Positions 38,370 through 48,822 of a stretch of 64,000 bases of DNA are shown here, in pieces. The stretch is from a gamma proteobacterium symbiont of Ctena orbiculata. Its GTDB lineage: Bacteria; Pseudomonadota; Gammaproteobacteria; Chromatiales; Chromatiaceae. Under the pieces are notes generated by a model. That model saw only the letters and a program-made list of their open reading frames with translations. It did no database searches and was not told the origin of the DNA. The stretch covers positions 19,164 to 83,163 of the forward strand of contig QBVC01000008.1 in the NCBI GenBank assembly GCA_003058495.1, given 5' to 3'. The position numbers and the translations under genes are program-made. Numbering within the stretch: the first letter of the stretch is position 1; every line of letters begins with the position of its first letter.

Positions 38370-38425
38370 TTCTATCAAAGCCTGGAAAATGTGATTTGAA
38401 ATACTCAACAGCGAAATACAATTCA

Positions 38426-38637
38426 CCGCAATTAAACGCTAATCACCGCAAATTCACGCGAATTTTCTACTATGAGGCTGGCAATGACAAACTAGCCACA
38501 AGCCTAGGGTAATGCACCCTAATGTCCCAGGGAGAATATCCGAAAAAGCGAATAAAAATGCATTAGGTGAAAACCATGCATATGCTTATACCTTTATTTA
38601 TTTGCGTTAATTTGCGGTGATCAGCTTTCATTTGCGG
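38426..38637. repeat. MITE-like element with ~38-bp imperfect terminal inverted repeats
   Basis: 38426-38463 and the reverse complement of 38600-38637 match at 32 of 38 positions by manual alignment; AT-rich non-coding interior. Confidence 0.6.
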
Positions 38638-38694
38638 CTTGTTCTTCTTCAGTATACTACCCACTGAATCAGTGGAAGAACCCTTTTTCATAAT

Positions 38695-39393
38695 CTACTT
38701 CATGGACTGGAATAGCTCCCTGCTTTTTAGGGGTCTGTCGCCTAGATAGTGGCCGATGACCCGGCGCATCAGTCGCTTTGCCTCCGCCTCGCCACGCTCA
38801 TCCAGTCTCTCGCCCCGATGCAAGCTGAGAAGTGTACGCCCATGAATTCCCTCTCCGGATCCACCGCCGGGCATCCTCACGGGACCCTGCTCAAGGCGAT
38901 AATCATAGACCCGATCCGCCTCGATCTCTTCATTCGTATCCGCTGTGCGGTCCAGCAGCAATCCATACCCCAACTCCCTCATCAGCGAGATCTCGAACTC
39001 CCGCAAGCACTGGCTTGCGGATTCACCGCTGGCGAGTCCGCTCAACGCATGTTGATAGTGTACGTAGAGTGACGGGTAGGGATCACCTCTTTGCAACAGA
39101 CGCATCAACAGCTCATTCAGGTAGATGCCGCAATAGATCGTCTCTCCCTGAAGGCGGTAGGGACGGCCATCCGGCTCCACCCCGGTGAGACTCTTGACCT
39201 CGCCCCTGCCACTGAGGCCGAGCAGCAGCGGGGAAAAGGGCTGTAACAGCAGGGCGCGCGAAGAGCGAGCGGATTTGGCACCTCGCGCTATCGCCGGCAG
39301 CCTTCCCTGATTGAGCAAGAAAAGCTCCAACAACAGGCTGCTGTTGCGATAGTCGCGCCGATGGATGACAAATGCCGGTATCAGTTCATGCAT
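38695..39393 (-). CDS. recO: DNA repair protein RecO
   Basis: AFVIHRRDYRNSSLLLELF, CGIYLNELL and LKSRELF motifs; follows era. Confidence 0.95.
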   Translation of the reverse strand: MHELIPAFVIHRRDYRNSSLLLELFLLNQGRLPAIARGAKSARSSRALLLQPFSPLLLGLSGRGEVKSLTGVEPDGRPYRLQGETIYCGIYLNELLMRLLQRGDPYPSLYVHYQHALSGLASGESASQCLREFEISLMRELGYGLLLDRTADTNEEIEADRVYDYRLEQGPVRMPGGGSGEGIHGRTLLSLHRGERLDERGEAEAKRLMRRVIGHYLGDRPLKSRELFQSMK

Positions 39394-39400
39394 CAATTCA

Positions 39401-40300
39401 CTACTGAGTTTCTCCGTATCCCAAACGGACCATGGCAGCCTCATCGCTGGACCAGCTCTTTTTCACCTTGACCCAGAGTTCCAAGTGGACCTTGCATTCA
39501 AAAAACTGCTGCATGGCCTTGCGCGCCTGGGTCGCCACCTCCTTGAGCGCCCGCCCATCCTTACCGATCAGGATTCCCTTCTGTCCCGTCTTTTCGACCC
39601 AGATCACGGCATTGATTCGATAGAGCCCCGAGAGTTCTTCAAAACGCTCTATCTCGATCGATACCGCATACGGCAGCTCTTTCGCGTAGCGCCTGGTAAT
39701 CTGCTCGCGGATCAGCTCGGCGGCAAAGAACTTTTCAGGTCGATCCGTGAGTTGATCCTGCGGAAAGAAGTTCTCGCCGACAGGCAGCGCGCGCAGCACC
39801 AGTTGCTCGAGGGTCTCCAGGTTTTTTCCGGTTTTGGCGGAGAGCGGGACGATCTCGACAAAGGAGTGGCGCGCTGCCATTTCTGACAGATAGGGCAGCA
39901 GCTGCTCCTTCTGCCTGATTCGATCCACCTTGTTGACGGCAAGTATGGCCGGGGTTTCGATCTGTTTGATCAGCCGCAAAACCTTTTCATCCTCCCGGGT
40001 CCAGCTCAATGCCTCAACCACGAAGATCAGCAGATCGACATCCGCCAAGGCGGTCTGGGCGGTTCGATTGAGATAGCGGTTCATGGCATTGTCGCTGCGC
40101 TCGTGGATCCCGGGTGTATCCACATAGATCACCTGTCCCGAGCTGAGGGTATTGATGCCGAGAATGGTATGGCGCGTCGTCTGTGCCTTGTGCGAAGTAA
40201 TCGCAAGCCTTACGCCCAGGAGTCGGTTTAGCAGCGTCGACTTGCCCACGTTGGGGCGGCCGACGATGGCGGCATATCCGCAGTGGTTATTGTCGCTCAT
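39401..40300 (-). CDS. era: GTPase Era
   Basis: GRPNVGKS, TTRH, DTPG, NKVD and LELWVKVK motifs. Confidence 0.98.
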   Translation of the reverse strand: MSDNNHCGYAAIVGRPNVGKSTLLNRLLGVRLAITSHKAQTTRHTILGINTLSSGQVIYVDTPGIHERSDNAMNRYLNRTAQTALADVDLLIFVVEALSWTREDEKVLRLIKQIETPAILAVNKVDRIRQKEQLLPYLSEMAARHSFVEIVPLSAKTGKNLETLEQLVLRALPVGENFFPQDQLTDRPEKFFAAELIREQITRRYAKELPYAVSIEIERFEELSGLYRINAVIWVEKTGQKGILIGKDGRALKEVATQARKAMQQFFECKVHLELWVKVKKSWSSDEAAMVRLGYGETQ

Positions 40301-40970
40301 TCTTCAGCAGCGCCAGCATCCTCGATGCGGCATCCTGTTCAGCCTTTCTCCTGCTCGCACCCTGGCCGCTTGTGGATTTGTCCAGCGCGGAAACCATGCA
40401 GGTTACGGTAAAGAGCTGATTGTGCGGATCGCCATTGATGCTCACGATCTCATAACCGGGTAGATCAATCTTTTTCGCCTGCAAATGCTCCTGCAACTCG
40501 GTCTTGGGATCCTTGCGGTGACGATCCAGGCTCATCGTCCGCAGGCGTGGCAGGAATATCCCCCGTATGACGCCGCGACAGACATCATAACCACCATCCA
40601 GGTAGATCGACGCGAAGATCGCCTCCAGGCCGTCGGCCAGGATAGAGTCCCTGCTTTGACCGCCGCTGCGCAACTCGCCCTGACCCAGGTGGAGATAGTC
40701 ACCCAAATTGAATTCACGCGCGACGTCGGCCAGCGTGTCGCGCTTGACCAGACTTGAACGCAACCGACTGAGCTGCCCCTCGGTTGCCTTGGGGAAGTGT
40801 TCAAACAGCTCATCAGCGACGACGAATCCCAAAATGGCGTCACCGAGGTATTCCAGACGTTCATTGTTTTTTCCACCGGCACTGCGGTGAGTCAGCGCCT
40901 GCTCAATCAGCTGCGGATCTGCGAAGCTGTAGCCCAGCTCACGACACAGCTTATTGATATCGGCTTTCAA
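40287..40970 (-). CDS. rnc: Ribonuclease III
   Basis: NERLEYLGDAILG signature and C-terminal dsRBD; TTG start. Confidence 0.98.
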   Translation of the reverse strand: MKADINKLCRELGYSFADPQLIEQALTHRSAGGKNNERLEYLGDAILGFVVADELFEHFPKATEGQLSRLRSSLVKRDTLADVAREFNLGDYLHLGQGELRSGGQSRDSILADGLEAIFASIYLDGGYDVCRGVIRGIFLPRLRTMSLDRHRKDPKTELQEHLQAKKIDLPGYEIVSINGDPHNQLFTVTCMVSALDKSTSGQGASRRKAEQDAASRMLALLKNERQ

Positions 40971-41341
40971 TTGGCGGTTAACTCGATGCTTTCATCAAAA
41001 GTCATAACCAAAGAAATATTGTAAACAATGGGCCTGGATTCCACATAGGCGACATTGATCGTCGTCACCTTGCCGCTGCGTTGAATCTTGATGTGATCCC
41101 GATTGACATGGCGGATGTTGTTTACATACAGCCTCTTGGTGATCATTTCACGAATCTCTTTTTTCGATTTTCGCGCCGACAGCGGATCTTCCTGTACCGT
41201 TTTCAGTGTTGACACAACCGCATAATGATCGATATAGACAGGTGTGATCTTGATGCCGACATAGACCAGGAAACCCACGATGATGAAGATCACTAACCAG
41301 CTGATAGTGGTGAGGCCTTTTTGTTTCTTCAATGATTGCAT
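40967..41341 (-). CDS. DUF4845-family protein
   Basis: KQKGLT plus TM N-terminus; conserved position between lepB and rnc. Confidence 0.8.
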   Translation of the reverse strand: MQSLKKQKGLTTISWLVIFIIVGFLVYVGIKITPVYIDHYAVVSTLKTVQEDPLSARKSKKEIREMITKRLYVNNIRHVNRDHIKIQRSGKVTTINVAYVESRPIVYNISLVMTFDESIELTAN

Positions 41342-41424
41342 ACGACAAACCTCGATAATATATTAATGTTATGAACAGATAGTTGATAAACAGTGATTCA
41401 GCAAGCTGCCATTCACCAAAATGT

Positions 41425-42270
41425 CTATTCGATTCCCTTTCCAAGGCGCTCCCATGCTATCGGCGGGAAAGCGTCAATTTCAGAATCCCAATTCATCCAA
41501 ATACCGAAGGCCTTGCCAACAAGGTTCTCGTCGGGAACCAGGCCCCAACAGCGGCTGTCGTTACTGTTGTCCCGATTGTCCCCCATCACGAAATAGTGCC
41601 CTTGGGGAATTGTAATCGGACCCTGGCTCAATACCCGGCAGCCTGTGGGCAGGTCCGGCGCGAGGGGGTTTATCAGCACTGAGTGTTCAATGCCATCCAG
41701 GTTTTCAGCGGCCATGATGGCGCCGGTCATGCGCACGCCGCTGCCAACCCCGGTGTAACGGCCGAGGGGGGTTTGCGGCATAGCCTCGCCATTTACATAG
41801 AGGGTCTTATTGCGGTAGTAGACCCTATCGCCCGGTACCGCGACCACGCGTTTGATGTAATCCACCCAGGGTTGTTTCGGATAACGGAAAACCACGGGGT
41901 CGCCGCGTTGCGGATCACCCAGCTCAATGACTTTCTTATTGAGCACAGGCAGCCGTATGCCATAGCTGAATTTGTTCACCAGAATGAAATCCCCGACCAG
42001 CAGCGTCGGCATCATGGAACCCGAAGGTATGCGAAACGGTTCCACCAGAAAGGAGCGAAGGATCAACACGGCGAATATGACCGGAAAAAACGACCGCGAA
42101 TATTCAACGATCAGCGGTTCTTTTGTTGCCGCTGACACCGCTTCCCCGTCGACACCTCGTTCAGTCGCCACCTGACGCCGCTTCGGCGCCAGAAAGATGC
42201 TGTCCAACAGCCAGATACCGCCTGTCAGGGCACTGGCAACGACAAGAAAAGTAGGAAAATCAAAATTCAT
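41425..42270 (-). CDS. lepB: Signal peptidase I
   Basis: EPFRIPSGSMMPTL, DYIKR and GDNRDNSNDSR motifs. Confidence 0.98.
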   Translation of the reverse strand: MNFDFPTFLVVASALTGGIWLLDSIFLAPKRRQVATERGVDGEAVSAATKEPLIVEYSRSFFPVIFAVLILRSFLVEPFRIPSGSMMPTLLVGDFILVNKFSYGIRLPVLNKKVIELGDPQRGDPVVFRYPKQPWVDYIKRVVAVPGDRVYYRNKTLYVNGEAMPQTPLGRYTGVGSGVRMTGAIMAAENLDGIEHSVLINPLAPDLPTGCRVLSQGPITIPQGHYFVMGDNRDNSNDSRCWGLVPDENLVGKAFGIWMNWDSEIDAFPPIAWERLGKGIE

Positions 42271-42296
42271 CTGTTTCTTCTTCCTCTCCCGGAGAG

Positions 42297-44102
42297 CTAA
42301 TTATCCTTACCCACTTGCAGCACGGCAAGAAAGGCATCCTGCGGGATTTCGACTTTACCAACCTGCTTCATGCGCTTTTTACCCGCCTTCTGCTTTTCCA
42401 GAAGCTTGCGCTTGCGGGTTATATCGCCGCCATAGCATTTGGCCGTGACGTTCTTCCTCAGCGCCTTGACCGTTGTGCGCGCGATGATCTTATTGCCGAT
42501 GGCCGCCTGGATGGCCACTTCAAACATCTGGCGTGGGATGATCTCCTTCATCTTGGAGGTCAACTCGCGTCCCCGGCCTTGCGCCTGATCCTTGTGTACG
42601 ATAAGTGAAAGGGCATCCACCCTCTCCCCGTTGATCAGGACATCGAGCTTTACCAGCGGGGCCGCCTGGAAGTGGGTGAACTCATATTCGAACGAAGCGT
42701 ATCCCCGGCTTACCGACTTCAGCCGATCAAAGAAATCGAGCACAACCTCATTCATCGGCAATTCAAAGCTCAACTGAACCTGGCCGGCGAGGTACTGCAT
42801 GTTTTTCTGCACGCCACGCTTTTCTATGCAGAGGGTGATCACGTTGCCCAGATAGTCCTGGGGAACCAGGATGGTGGCAACGATCACCGGTTCGCGAACC
42901 TCGTCGATCTGGCTGGGATCGGGGAGCGCGGCGGGATTCTCGATATGAATCAGCTCACCGTTGTTCAGCAATACCTGGTAGACCACCGAGGGCGCGGTGG
43001 TGATCAAATCGAGATCGTACTCGCGCTCCAGGCGTTCCTGGACGATCTCCATGTGCAGCATACCGAGGAATCCGCAGCGGAAGCCGAATCCCAACGCCTG
43101 CGAGGTTTCCGGCTCGTAGTGCAGCGCAGCATCATTGAGACGCAGCTTCTGCAGCGCATCCCGCAGATCCTCGTAATCATCGGAACTCACGGGATAGAGC
43201 CCGGAAAACACCCTTGGACGCATCTCCTCGAAACCGGGCAGAGGCGCCTCCGCCTGACGATTCTCGAGGGTGATGGTGTCGCCAACGGGGGCGCCGTCGA
43301 TCTCCTTGATGCCCGCGATGAGGTAACCGACCTCCCCGGTCGTCAGCTGCGGCTTGTCCAGCTGTTTCGGTGTGAACACCCCGACCTTCTCGACCTGGTA
43401 GACCCGCCCGGTGGACATGATGCGCATCTTGTCCTTCGGTTTGATGGAGCCGTTCACCACCCGGATAAGGGAGATGACACCGACATAGGAGTCAAACCAT
43501 GAGTCGATGATCAGCGCCTGCAGCGGCGCCCCGGCATCCCCCGAAGGCGGCGGTATGGTCGCCACCAACTGATCCAGCAACTCCTCGATGCCGGTCCCGG
43601 TCTTGGCGCTGACACGGATGGCGTTTTCGGCATCCAGCCCGATGATCTCCTCGATCTCCTTGATCACCCGCTCCGGTTCCGCCGACGGCAGATCGATCTT
43701 GTTCAGTACCGGCAGCACTTCCAGCCCCTGCTCGATGGCGGTATAGCAGTTGGCAACACTCTGCGCTTCCACCCCCTGGGCCGCATCCACGATCAGCAAC
43801 GCACCTTCGCAGGCCGATAGCGAGCGCGAGACCTCATAGGAGAAATCCACATGACCTGGGGTATCGATAAAGTTGAGTTGGTAGATTTCGCCATCCCCGG
43901 CAGGGTAGTCGAGGGTGACGCTCTGCGCCTTGATGGTGATTCCCCGCTCCCGTTCCAGCTCCATGGAATCACACACCTGATCCGCCATTTCGCGGTCGCT
44001 CAGCCCCCCACACTTCTGGATGAATCGATCCGCAATCGTCGATTTACCATGATCGATATGGGCGATGATCGAGAAATTACGGATATGTTGCAAATCAGCC
44101 AT
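42297..44102 (-). CDS. lepA: Elongation factor 4
   Basis: [26 protein letters not shown] and [18 protein letters not shown] motifs. Confidence 0.99.
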   Translation of the reverse strand: MADLQHIRNFSIIAHIDHGKSTIADRFIQKCGGLSDREMADQVCDSMELERERGITIKAQSVTLDYPAGDGEIYQLNFIDTPGHVDFSYEVSRSLSACEGALLIVDAAQGVEAQSVANCYTAIEQGLEVLPVLNKIDLPSAEPERVIKEIEEIIGLDAENAIRVSAKTGTGIEELLDQLVATIPPPSGDAGAPLQALIIDSWFDSYVGVISLIRVVNGSIKPKDKMRIMSTGRVYQVEKVGVFTPKQLDKPQLTTGEVGYLIAGIKEIDGAPVGDTITLENRQAEAPLPGFEEMRPRVFSGLYPVSSDDYEDLRDALQKLRLNDAALHYEPETSQALGFGFRCGFLGMLHMEIVQERLEREYDLDLITTAPSVVYQVLLNNGELIHIENPAALPDPSQIDEVREPVIVATILVPQDYLGNVITLCIEKRGVQKNMQYLAGQVQLSFELPMNEVVLDFFDRLKSVSRGYASFEYEFTHFQAAPLVKLDVLINGERVDALSLIVHKDQAQGRGRELTSKMKEIIPRQMFEVAIQAAIGNKIIARTTVKALRKNVTAKCYGGDITRKRKLLEKQKAGKKRMKQVGKVEIPQDAFLAVLQVGKDN

Positions 44103-44124
44103 AGGGTCCTGAAGATGTCACCGA

Positions 44125-44156
44125 ATAAATAGAAACGCCCCATTTCGGGGCGTTTC
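44125..44156 (-). terminator. Probable intrinsic terminator after the degQ-glutaredoxin genes
   Basis: 10-bp stem GAAACGCCCC/GGGGCGTTTC followed on the minus strand by TATTTATT. Confidence 0.7.
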
Positions 44157-44195
44157 AATTGTTGCTTGATGCCGCAAACGGGGAATGATACCAAA

Positions 44196-44438
44196 TCAAG
44201 CGCCCTGCAAATAGCTCAGAAGCGACGCCTGGTCGAGAAAATACTCGCTCAGGCACCTCCCCTGATTGTCTTCCAAGAGCGGTATCCGGGTGTCGTAGCT
44301 ATCCCGAATCTCAGGATAGCGGTCGATATCTATCTCGATCAGCTCGAATCGCCACTCCGTCTGCAATCGCTTAAGCTCCTGCAGCATGTCATCGCAGAGA
44401 TGACACCCCTCCCGGTAGTAGAAACGTAAGGGGCTCAC
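44196..44438 (-). CDS. Glutaredoxin-like protein (DUF836-type)
   Basis: YREGCHLCDD CxxC motif; typical position downstream of degQ/mucD. Confidence 0.85.
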   Translation of the reverse strand: MSPLRFYYREGCHLCDDMLQELKRLQTEWRFELIEIDIDRYPEIRDSYDTRIPLLEDNQGRCLSEYFLDQASLLSYLQGA

Positions 44439-45871
44439 TCTTCGGGAACGCGTAATGCCAGGAAGATCGGCCCGGTATTGCGGTGTACCAGCAGAGGCAC
44501 TGTCTTATCAGCAGGTAACTCCTTGACCAGCTGATTAAAATGTTCCACCCCCTCTACCTCCCGCTGGTTGATCATGACGATGATGTCACCCTGCTGAATG
44601 CCGGCTTCCCGGGCCGCCTGGCCCGTGGCCGAGTCGACCACCACCCCGCGCTGACTGGACAGGCGCAGCTGTTTGCGCAACTGAGGGCTGACCTTGGAGA
44701 CCATCAGCCCGAGACGGTTTTCCGAAACCTTCGGCGCCTGATTGCTGGCCAATTCCAGCTCGTCTTCCGCCGGCAGTTCGCCGATATTGACCTGGATCTC
44801 CCTGGTCTTGCCGTTACGCAGGATCTTCAGCGACGCGGGCTTATCCACATTGCTGCTGCCGACCAGCGGCGGCAGTTCTGAAGAGGTGGCGATTCGGGTG
44901 CCGTTAAACTCCAAGATGACGTCGCCGACCTGCAAGCCGGCCGCCTCCGAAGGGCTGTCAGGCAACACCCGCGCGATCAGCGCGCCGCGGGGATGTCTCA
45001 TGCCGAAGCTTTCCGCGAGATCGTTGGTGACATCCTGGATCAACACCCCAAGCCAGCCGCGGGTGACCCGCCCCCGGGTCTTCAGCTGTTCCGCGACATC
45101 GATCGCCATCTCGATGGGAATGGCGAAGGAGAGGCCCATAAAACCACCTGAACGGCTGTAGATCTGGGAGTTGATGCCCACAACCTTGCCGTCGAGATTG
45201 AACAGCGGTCCTCCGGAATTCCCCGGGTTGATGGCGACGTCGGTCTGGATAAAAGGCACGTAGTTTTCACTCGGCAGGTTGCGTCCCTTGGCGCTCACTA
45301 TGCCTGCGGTGACCGAGTGGTCGAAGCCGAAGGGTGAACCGATTGCCAGCACCCACTCGCCTACCCTGAGTTGCTTGGAATTGCCGATCTCCACAACCGG
45401 AAGATCCTCGGCATCGATCTTGATCAGGGCTATGTCGCTGCGTTCATCCTTACCCACGACCTCGGCGACAAACTCCCGGCGATCATTCATGCGCACCAGG
45501 ATCTGGTCCGCTTCATCGACGACATGGTTGTTGGTGAGAATATAGCCATCCCCGGAAATGATGAATCCGGACCCGAGCGAGCGCTTTTCGGGCCCCTCAT
45601 CCGGCATCGGAAAGCCGTGGTTGCCAAAGAACTTCTTCATCAGCTCTCCAAGCGGGCTGCCCTCAGGCAACTCTTCCAATTCGGGAATGTTGAAGCGCTG
45701 CAGATTGCGCCCCAGCGACTTCTGCTTGGTGCTGATGTTGACCACGGAGGGTGCATTCTCTTCGGCCAAATCGGCGAAGTTCGGCAGATCCCGAGCCTGT
45801 ATCGATACAGGCAAGAGGAGTCCCAGCATTACCAGGGATACGAAGTGTACAAGGATTTTATTGGCTCTCAT
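44435..45871 (-). CDS. degQ: DegQ/MucD-family periplasmic serine endoprotease
   Basis: LTNNHVV, DIAL, AINPGNSGGPL catalytic motifs and two PDZ domains. Confidence 0.95.
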   Translation of the reverse strand: MRANKILVHFVSLVMLGLLLPVSIQARDLPNFADLAEENAPSVVNISTKQKSLGRNLQRFNIPELEELPEGSPLGELMKKFFGNHGFPMPDEGPEKRSLGSGFIISGDGYILTNNHVVDEADQILVRMNDRREFVAEVVGKDERSDIALIKIDAEDLPVVEIGNSKQLRVGEWVLAIGSPFGFDHSVTAGIVSAKGRNLPSENYVPFIQTDVAINPGNSGGPLFNLDGKVVGINSQIYSRSGGFMGLSFAIPIEMAIDVAEQLKTRGRVTRGWLGVLIQDVTNDLAESFGMRHPRGALIARVLPDSPSEAAGLQVGDVILEFNGTRIATSSELPPLVGSSNVDKPASLKILRNGKTREIQVNIGELPAEDELELASNQAPKVSENRLGLMVSKVSPQLRKQLRLSSQRGVVVDSATGQAAREAGIQQGDIIVMINQREVEGVEHFNQLVKELPADKTVPLLVHRNTGPIFLALRVPEE

Positions 45872-45952
45872 GAAACAGCTCCTGGAGGAAACTCAAAGAA
45901 AATGCACCGAACTTGTGTGAGTGAAAAACTTCAGTTAGCTGCAGGTTGATGA

Positions 45953-46438
45953 TTAACCGACGTACTCCCTGGATAACTCCACGGTGTTGCTATTGGCTAA
46001 ACGTAAAATGACTGCTTGATAATCTGGTTTATCCCGTCGCTGCCCGGCGACACGCCTGAGCAGAAAAAATCCGGCCATCAGGCCAAATAGACCACCGGCC
46101 ACTTGCGGGAGTTCCCCGGCCTGCCATGCAAAGTGGCTCGCCAAAAGCTGCATCAACAGGGCCAGCAGAATCATGCTCAGCAAAGGTAGCAGATAGGCCA
46201 TGAAGGAGATTTTCAGCAGCGCACCTTCCGCCAGGCCGATAATCACCCGTTCGCCCGCTTTGGCATCGATTGGATTCGAGACTCTGAGCCGGGTATGGCG
46301 TCGTTTGAACAGACCGCTCAGAACCGAGGTGGAGCAGCCGCCGGCGCTGCTGCAGGCGCCGCAGGCTGGACTTTGACGTGTCTCGACTAGGGCGTAGCCA
46401 TCATCAACGCTGATGACGGTGGCAGGCTCTTCAATCAT
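45953..46438 (-). CDS. rseC: RseC/MucC family protein
   Basis: CGACSSAGGC, AYLLPL and TM segments; downstream of rseB. Confidence 0.9.
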   Translation of the reverse strand: MIEEPATVISVDDGYALVETRQSPACGACSSAGGCSTSVLSGLFKRRHTRLRVSNPIDAKAGERVIIGLAEGALLKISFMAYLLPLLSMILLALLMQLLASHFAWQAGELPQVAGGLFGLMAGFFLLRRVAGQRRDKPDYQAVILRLANSNTVELSREYVG

Positions 46439-47429
46439 CGGCCCGTTTGAGCTGCATGCCTTGCACCACGCCGAGAATTGTAACCGCCGGCACTTCACCA
46501 ACCGCAGTCACCTGATAGCCGTGAACCTGGCCGCCCCAGGCATTGATGGCGCCCAACCGGGATACACCGCTGAACGCCTCTTCCCTGGTTTCCGGCTCGA
46601 CGAACACCGAAAGCGAACTCAGTCCGTCGCTGAACACATACTGATCGATGGGATCGCTGCCTTGTTGATCGATCAGTTGATGCTGCATGCTGAGCTTGAA
46701 GCCGCTCGGCAATCCGCTGAAATTCCATTTGTTCGGATCCAGCAGAGGAACCTTGTTCGTCGTATCGGGGTGACTTTTCAAGCGGTAGGTAAACAGCGAC
46801 TCCCTGTGGTGAAGCTCGCTGATCTCGGCGACGCCTATCTGCAGGTCGGTGAACATTGTCTGTTCCACCAGTTCGCCATGCTCATTCAATAGATCTGATT
46901 TCAACGGCAGGCCGCTCTCCATGTCGAGTGCGAAGCGGTAGCCGTAGCGTAGACGGTCATTCGGCAGGATCACCACCAGCTGGGCCTGACGATTGGCGAT
47001 CCGGGTCCTGCCCAGATTTTGAAAGCTGTAGTGATTGTCGAGCCGGCCCAGGTCGTGGGGCAGGATATTGAGGAACTTGGCGCTCGGTGTACGCTTGTCC
47101 ACCGAAACCTCATGCGAATCGGGCAGTACGCAGGTCACCGACTCCTCATCGCGGATCACCTCCCGAGGTGCGCCGTTTAGCGAGATCAGACTCTCTCGGA
47201 CACGATCCCCATTCACCGCGTGGGCGATTCTCATGCTCTCGAGCTGGTTGTCGTGGAGATAGATGAAGGTGCCCTGGTAATTCAGTTTCTGCACCGCTTC
47301 CATCATGCGCTCAAGCCAGGCCTTTGGGGACAGCTCCTCTTCGGCGAGCGCGGAGTGGGAAATCAGCAAACCGAGAAAGAGGATCAAACAGCTCTTGCTG
47401 AGGCGGTGAATAGTCGGCTCTGAACGCAT
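46431..47429 (-). CDS. rseB: Sigma-E regulator RseB/MucB
   Basis: LNYQGTFIY, SLNGAPREV, FSDGLSSLSVFVE and VGEVP motifs. Confidence 0.94.
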   Translation of the reverse strand: MRSEPTIHRLSKSCLILFLGLLISHSALAEEELSPKAWLERMMEAVQKLNYQGTFIYLHDNQLESMRIAHAVNGDRVRESLISLNGAPREVIRDEESVTCVLPDSHEVSVDKRTPSAKFLNILPHDLGRLDNHYSFQNLGRTRIANRQAQLVVILPNDRLRYGYRFALDMESGLPLKSDLLNEHGELVEQTMFTDLQIGVAEISELHHRESLFTYRLKSHPDTTNKVPLLDPNKWNFSGLPSGFKLSMQHQLIDQQGSDPIDQYVFSDGLSSLSVFVEPETREEAFSGVSRLGAINAWGGQVHGYQVTAVGEVPAVTILGVVQGMQLKRADD

Positions 47430-47455
47430 TCCGTGTGGGTCCCTGTCACCAATTA

Positions 47456-48052
47456 TTACTGCTTGTTCTCATCATAGCTGACGAATGTCGCGTAGGGCAT
47501 GATACCCTTTATGTTACTTGAAGGCGAAAGGTCCTGGTGATTCAACAGGTAGGCGTTCAAACGGGATTCAACCTTGGGCTTTTTCAACAATTTCCAGCGC
47601 GTGCCGTCTTCCGCCACGTAGACTGTCCTGCTCTCCTGCGGTTGATTGCGGTTCTCGAACTGATTGCCCGAGAGCAGCTGACTGGGTGCCTCGGAACTCC
47701 CCGGGTTGATCATCTGCGGCGCCATGACCACCGCCACGGCAGTCAGCGAGGCCGCAACCGCCACCCCGGTCAAGGTACGTTTCCGGATCGGACGCCTGCG
47801 CTTCAGCGCGGCGGGTGCCAGCACTACCGGCTCACTCTCAATCTGCTGACTGATGGAATGCGCCATGCCGGTGTCATGGATCCGGCCAAGCTCGTTACGC
47901 ATCGCATCGCCGATCAAATGGTAGCGCGACCAGACACCCAGACTCTCCTGGCTAGTCTTCAGCTTGTTGATTTCTCCAGAAATTTCATCTCCTGAAATCT
48001 CGTCGTCAACCAGTGCGGACAATCTCTCGAACTCTTGCTCAGTCATCTTCAT
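47456..48052 (-). CDS. rseA: Anti-sigma-E factor RseA/MucA
   Basis: ERLSALVDDE..WSRYHLIGDAMR, TM, RLNAYLLNH motifs. Confidence 0.93.
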   Translation of the reverse strand: MKMTEQEFERLSALVDDEISGDEISGEINKLKTSQESLGVWSRYHLIGDAMRNELGRIHDTGMAHSISQQIESEPVVLAPAALKRRRPIRKRTLTGVAVAASLTAVAVVMAPQMINPGSSEAPSQLLSGNQFENRNQPQESRTVYVAEDGTRWKLLKKPKVESRLNAYLLNHQDLSPSSNIKGIMPYATFVSYDENKQ

Positions 48053-48062
48053 ATGCCTGACA

Positions 48063-48641
48063 TTAAGGTTTTAACAGTGGTCTCAGTTTTTTGTCGATCG
48101 CCTCACGCGCCCTGAAAATGCGGGAACGCACGGTCCCGACCGGGCAGGACATGGCATTGGCGATCTCCTCGTAGCTCATACCCTCGAGCTCTCGCAGAAC
48201 AATGGCTGTACGCAGATCCTCGGGCAGATCGTCGATCGCCTTCTGTACAGTCATGCTGATCTCATCGGTCAATACATGATTCTCCGGTGTACCTGTCTCC
48301 TTTAGACGCGTCCCGACGTCCATTTGTTCAGCCACCTCGGCCTCCACGTCATCCGACGGCGGGCGGCGACCCTGGGCCACGAGGTAGTTTTTTGCCGTAT
48401 TGATGGCGATCCGATAGAGCCAGGTGTAAAAAGCGCTGTCTCCACGGAATTTCGGGATCGCCCGGTAGGCCTTGATGAAGGCCTCCTGGGTCACATCCAG
48501 CACCTCATGAGGATCCCGGATATAGCGTGAGATCAGATTGGTGATCTTCTGCTGGTATTTGAGCACCAACAGGTCAAACGCCTTTTTATCACCCTGTTGA
48601 ACTCGTGCAACGAGCTCCTGATCGATTAACCGCTCGCCCAT
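48063..48641 (-). CDS. rpoE: ECF sigma factor RpoE/AlgU
   Basis: DQELVARVQQGDKKAFDLLV, FYTWLYRIAINTAKN and GTVRSRIFRAR motifs. Confidence 0.98.
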   Translation of the reverse strand: MGERLIDQELVARVQQGDKKAFDLLVLKYQQKITNLISRYIRDPHEVLDVTQEAFIKAYRAIPKFRGDSAFYTWLYRIAINTAKNYLVAQGRRPPSDDVEAEVAEQMDVGTRLKETGTPENHVLTDEISMTVQKAIDDLPEDLRTAIVLRELEGMSYEEIANAMSCPVGTVRSRIFRAREAIDKKLRPLLKP

Positions 48642-48687
48642 CCGGGCCGTTACCTCCTCGCGACGGGCACATCCTGTGCTCAGTCCC

Positions 48688-48714
48688 ATTGACAGTCTCT
48701 GTATTGATTAGTTC
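48688..48714 (-). promoter_or_regulatory. Sigma-E autoregulatory promoter of rpoE
   Basis: Minus strand GAACTA-N16-TCAAT, close to the sigmaE consensus GAACTT-N16-TCAAA, 47 bp upstream of the rpoE ATG. Confidence 0.7.
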
Positions 48715-48822
48715 TCGCAATCCCCCAGCTTCAATTGATCTAGTTCAACGAAAGGGCAAATTAAGCTAGGATGCGCTACATCTGGATGCGCATTATCACC
48801 GTAACGACCCGACCCCGCAAAT

